64,000 nucleotides of DNA, taken from positions 2,916,001 to 2,980,000 of the forward strand of contig CM075996.1 of NCBI GenBank assembly GCA_038087875.1, read 5' to 3'. Below the pieces are notes generated by a model. The model was not told the DNA's origin, searched no databases, and worked only from the letters and a program-made list of their open reading frames with translations. The stretch is from Malacoraja senta (Eukaryota). The translations under genes were made by a program, and so were the position numbers. This document shows positions 61,802 through 64,000 of this stretch, piece by piece (the first letter of the stretch is position 1; each line of letters begins with the position of its first letter).

Positions 61802-61991
61802 CTGGGTCAGTGTCAAAGTCGACAGACTGGCTCCATTCACTCCAGATTCCACAGTAGCTGTATTCGTCTTTGCATTTGCTAGGTTCCACCGTGGCCCGCA
61901 TCCTGACCCTGTACTGGCTGGAAGGATCCAGGGAATTTTCAGGCAGGTTGAATTTTTTGTTGCCGGATTGAATTGCCCACGTCTTGTTTTC
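61802..61991 (-). CDS. CSF2RB: CSF2RB-like cytokine receptor exon, FN3 domain 4 second half with WSXWS (extends to TAA at 61794 if unspliced)
   Basis: ENKTWAIQSGNKKFNLPENSLDPSSQYRVRMRATVEPSKCKDEYSYCGIWSEWSQSVDFDTDP; acceptor TTTCCTCCCGCTAG, phase 0 in, phase 1 out; resembles human beta-c LEPSTRY..YNGIWSEWS (recalled). Confidence 0.8.
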
Positions 61992-62129
61992 CTAGCGGGA
62001 GGAAATATAACAACGTTGATCTCACACTGTCCTTTAAGGTTAGTTTCAGCTTTAAAGAGGCAGGGCGGAAACACGGCCTTCGTACCCACCGAGTCCGCGC
62101 CCCGCCCAGCGATCCCCGCACACCAACGC

Positions 62130-62308
<179 letters not shown>

Positions 62309-62421
62309 GTACAAACTCCGTGCAGACAAATACCCGTGGTCAGGATCGAACCCGGGTCTCTGGCGCTTTAATCACTGTAAAGCAGCAACTCCACTGCTGC
62401 GTCACCCTATGTGTCACTTGC

Positions 62422-62570
62422 CTCCCAAGGATGATCAACTTTCTTGTACCTGACTTGATACTCCAAGTCATTATTATTATTATATCCACTTTTGATGGAT
62501 TCCCAGTGCAGTTGCAATCTTCCATCAGGTAACTTCTCCATGGTCAAGTTGGATGGAGGGTATGGTTTAA
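62422..62570 (-). CDS. CSF2RB: CSF2RB-like exon, FN3 domain 4 first half
   Basis: (I)KPYPPSNLTMEKLPDGRLQLHWESIKSGYNNNNDLEYQVRYKKVDHPWE; acceptor TTTGTTCGTTAG; 149 nt, phase 1 to 0; donor AG|GCAAGT. Confidence 0.8.
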
Positions 62571-63314
62571 CTAACGAACAAAAGAAAACAAAAATATATA
62601 AGCAGGAGGCACAAGAATGCACACTGATGCAGAATTAGTCATAGAGGCACAGTGGTGGTGAATCTGTGGAATTCATGGCCGCAGAAGGCTGTGGAGGCCA
62701 GTCAATGGGTATTGTTAAGGCAGAGACAGATAGATTCTTGATTATTACGGGTGTCAGGGGTTAAGGGGGAGAGGGCAGGAGAATGGGGTTAGGATGGAGA
62801 GATAAATCAGCCATGATTGAATGGCGGAGTAGACTTGATGAGCCGAATGGTCTAATTCTGCTCCTATCGCTTATGAACTCATGAGTCACACAGCATCGGA
62901 AACTGGGCCCCTGACCCGTCTTGCCCATGCTGACCAAGGTGCCAGGTGCTCAATTGTCCTAGTGTCAGATAGTGTTGATGTGCAGGTATCACTGGTCGGT
63001 GCGGACCCGGTGGGCTGAAGGGCCTGTGTCCGCGCTGTATCACTAAACTACACTAAACTCAACTAATCTCAAGGACGTGCGGGTTTGTAGGTTAATTGTT
63101 CCTCTGTAAAATTGCCCCGGGTAGTCGGGAGAAGATGAGAAAGTGGGACAACATAGAGCTAGGGTGAACGGGTGATCGATGGTCAGCTCGATGGGCCAAA
63201 GGGCCTGTTTCCAGGTTGTATCTCTAAACCAAACTAAAGGTTGGGAGTTAGCCATTCTTGATATCCCTGCTAATGACCAGAAGTATTATAGGAATATAAC
63301 ACTTGCAATAGTGT

Positions 63315-63570
63315 AATAGAAATCTGAGGGGTAACCTTTTCACACAGAGGGTGGTGGGTGTTTGGAACGAGCTGCCAGAGGAGGTAGTTGAGGCAGGGAC
63401 TATCCCAACATTTAAGAAACAGTTGGACAGGTACACGGATAGCACAGGTTTGGAGGGACACGGACCAAACGCAGGCAGGTGGGACTAGTGTAGATGGGAC
63501 ATGTTGGCCGGTGTGGGCAAGTTGGGCCGAAGGGCCTGTTTCCACGCTCTGTCACTCTATGACTCTGAGT
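63315..63570 (+). mobile_element. CR1 3' fragment (intronic)
   Basis: NLFTQRVVGVWNELPEEVV.. and tail. Confidence 0.85.
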
Positions 63571-63591
63571 GGATCGAAGAACAGAACTCAC

Positions 63592-63749
63592 TATTTCTGT
63601 AAGGGTGAAATGGCAGCGATGGTTTCACGAGTTGGAGGGACACCTCGTACTCCTCAAACTCCGCTCGGTCGCGGACATGTATGTTGCACCCATGAACCGT
63701 GAAGTTTGGGTATTCACGGGGTATCACGGTCGAATTGCACACCTGGGTC
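63592..63749 (-). CDS. CSF2RB: CSF2RB-like exon, FN3 domain 3 second half
   Basis: TQVCNSTVIPREYPNFTVHGCNIHVRDRAEFEEYEVSLQLVKPSLPFHPYRN; acceptor TTTCTCTTTACCAG, donor A|GTGAGT; 158 nt, phase 2 to 1; resembles beta-c [22 protein letters not shown] (recalled). Confidence 0.78.
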
Positions 63750-63819
63750 CTGGTAAAGAGAAAGGATTTCAAACATACGTTCAACTTTCATGCAAAGGTT
63801 CAAAAGGCACTAAACTAAA

Positions 63820-64000
63820 AAGATTGAAAAGACTAGGCTTGTATTCACCGGAGTTTGGAAGGATGAAGGGGTAACTTATAGAAACATATAAAATTATAAA
63901 AGGACTGGATAAGCTAGATGCAGGAAAAATGGTCCCAATGTTGGGCGAGTCCAGAACCAGGGGCCACAGTTTTAGAATAAAGGGGAGGCCATTTAGGACT
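63820..64000 (+). mobile_element. CR1 fragment running off the window edge
   Basis: [31 protein letters not shown]. Confidence 0.85.

Overview
This is repeat-dense vertebrate genomic DNA, most likely from a cartilaginous fish such as a skate or ray, judged from its HE1/HER1-like SINE/CR1 content. It has two 200-N assembly gaps (19549-19748, 58809-59008). Two host genes are visible, both on the minus strand. (1) CSNK1E (casein kinase I epsilon) 5' end: CpG-island promoter, non-coding exon 1 and the first coding exon ([25 protein letters not shown]); the rest runs off the left edge. (2) Three exons of a CSF2RB (beta-common)-like class I cytokine receptor at 61.8-63.7 kb, covering FN3 domains 3-4 with WSEWS and a GC-AG intron. 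I found no transmembrane or cytoplasmic exon; the WSEWS exon reads into a stop codon followed by ATTAAA, which suggests a secreted form. Most of the rest is mobile DNA: an intact 6.36-kb L1 with a 16-bp TSD, a decayed second L1, a near-full-length internally deleted CR1, many CR1 3' ends, V-SINEs, a CORE-type SINE, L2 and Rex1 fragments and a Harbinger-type MITE. There are also dozens of Penelope-derived terminal repeats carrying minimal hammerhead-ribozyme motifs. A locally triplicated, partly inverted ~250-bp element carries NF-kB and STAT motifs. All calls come from reading the sequence by eye; no database searches were run.
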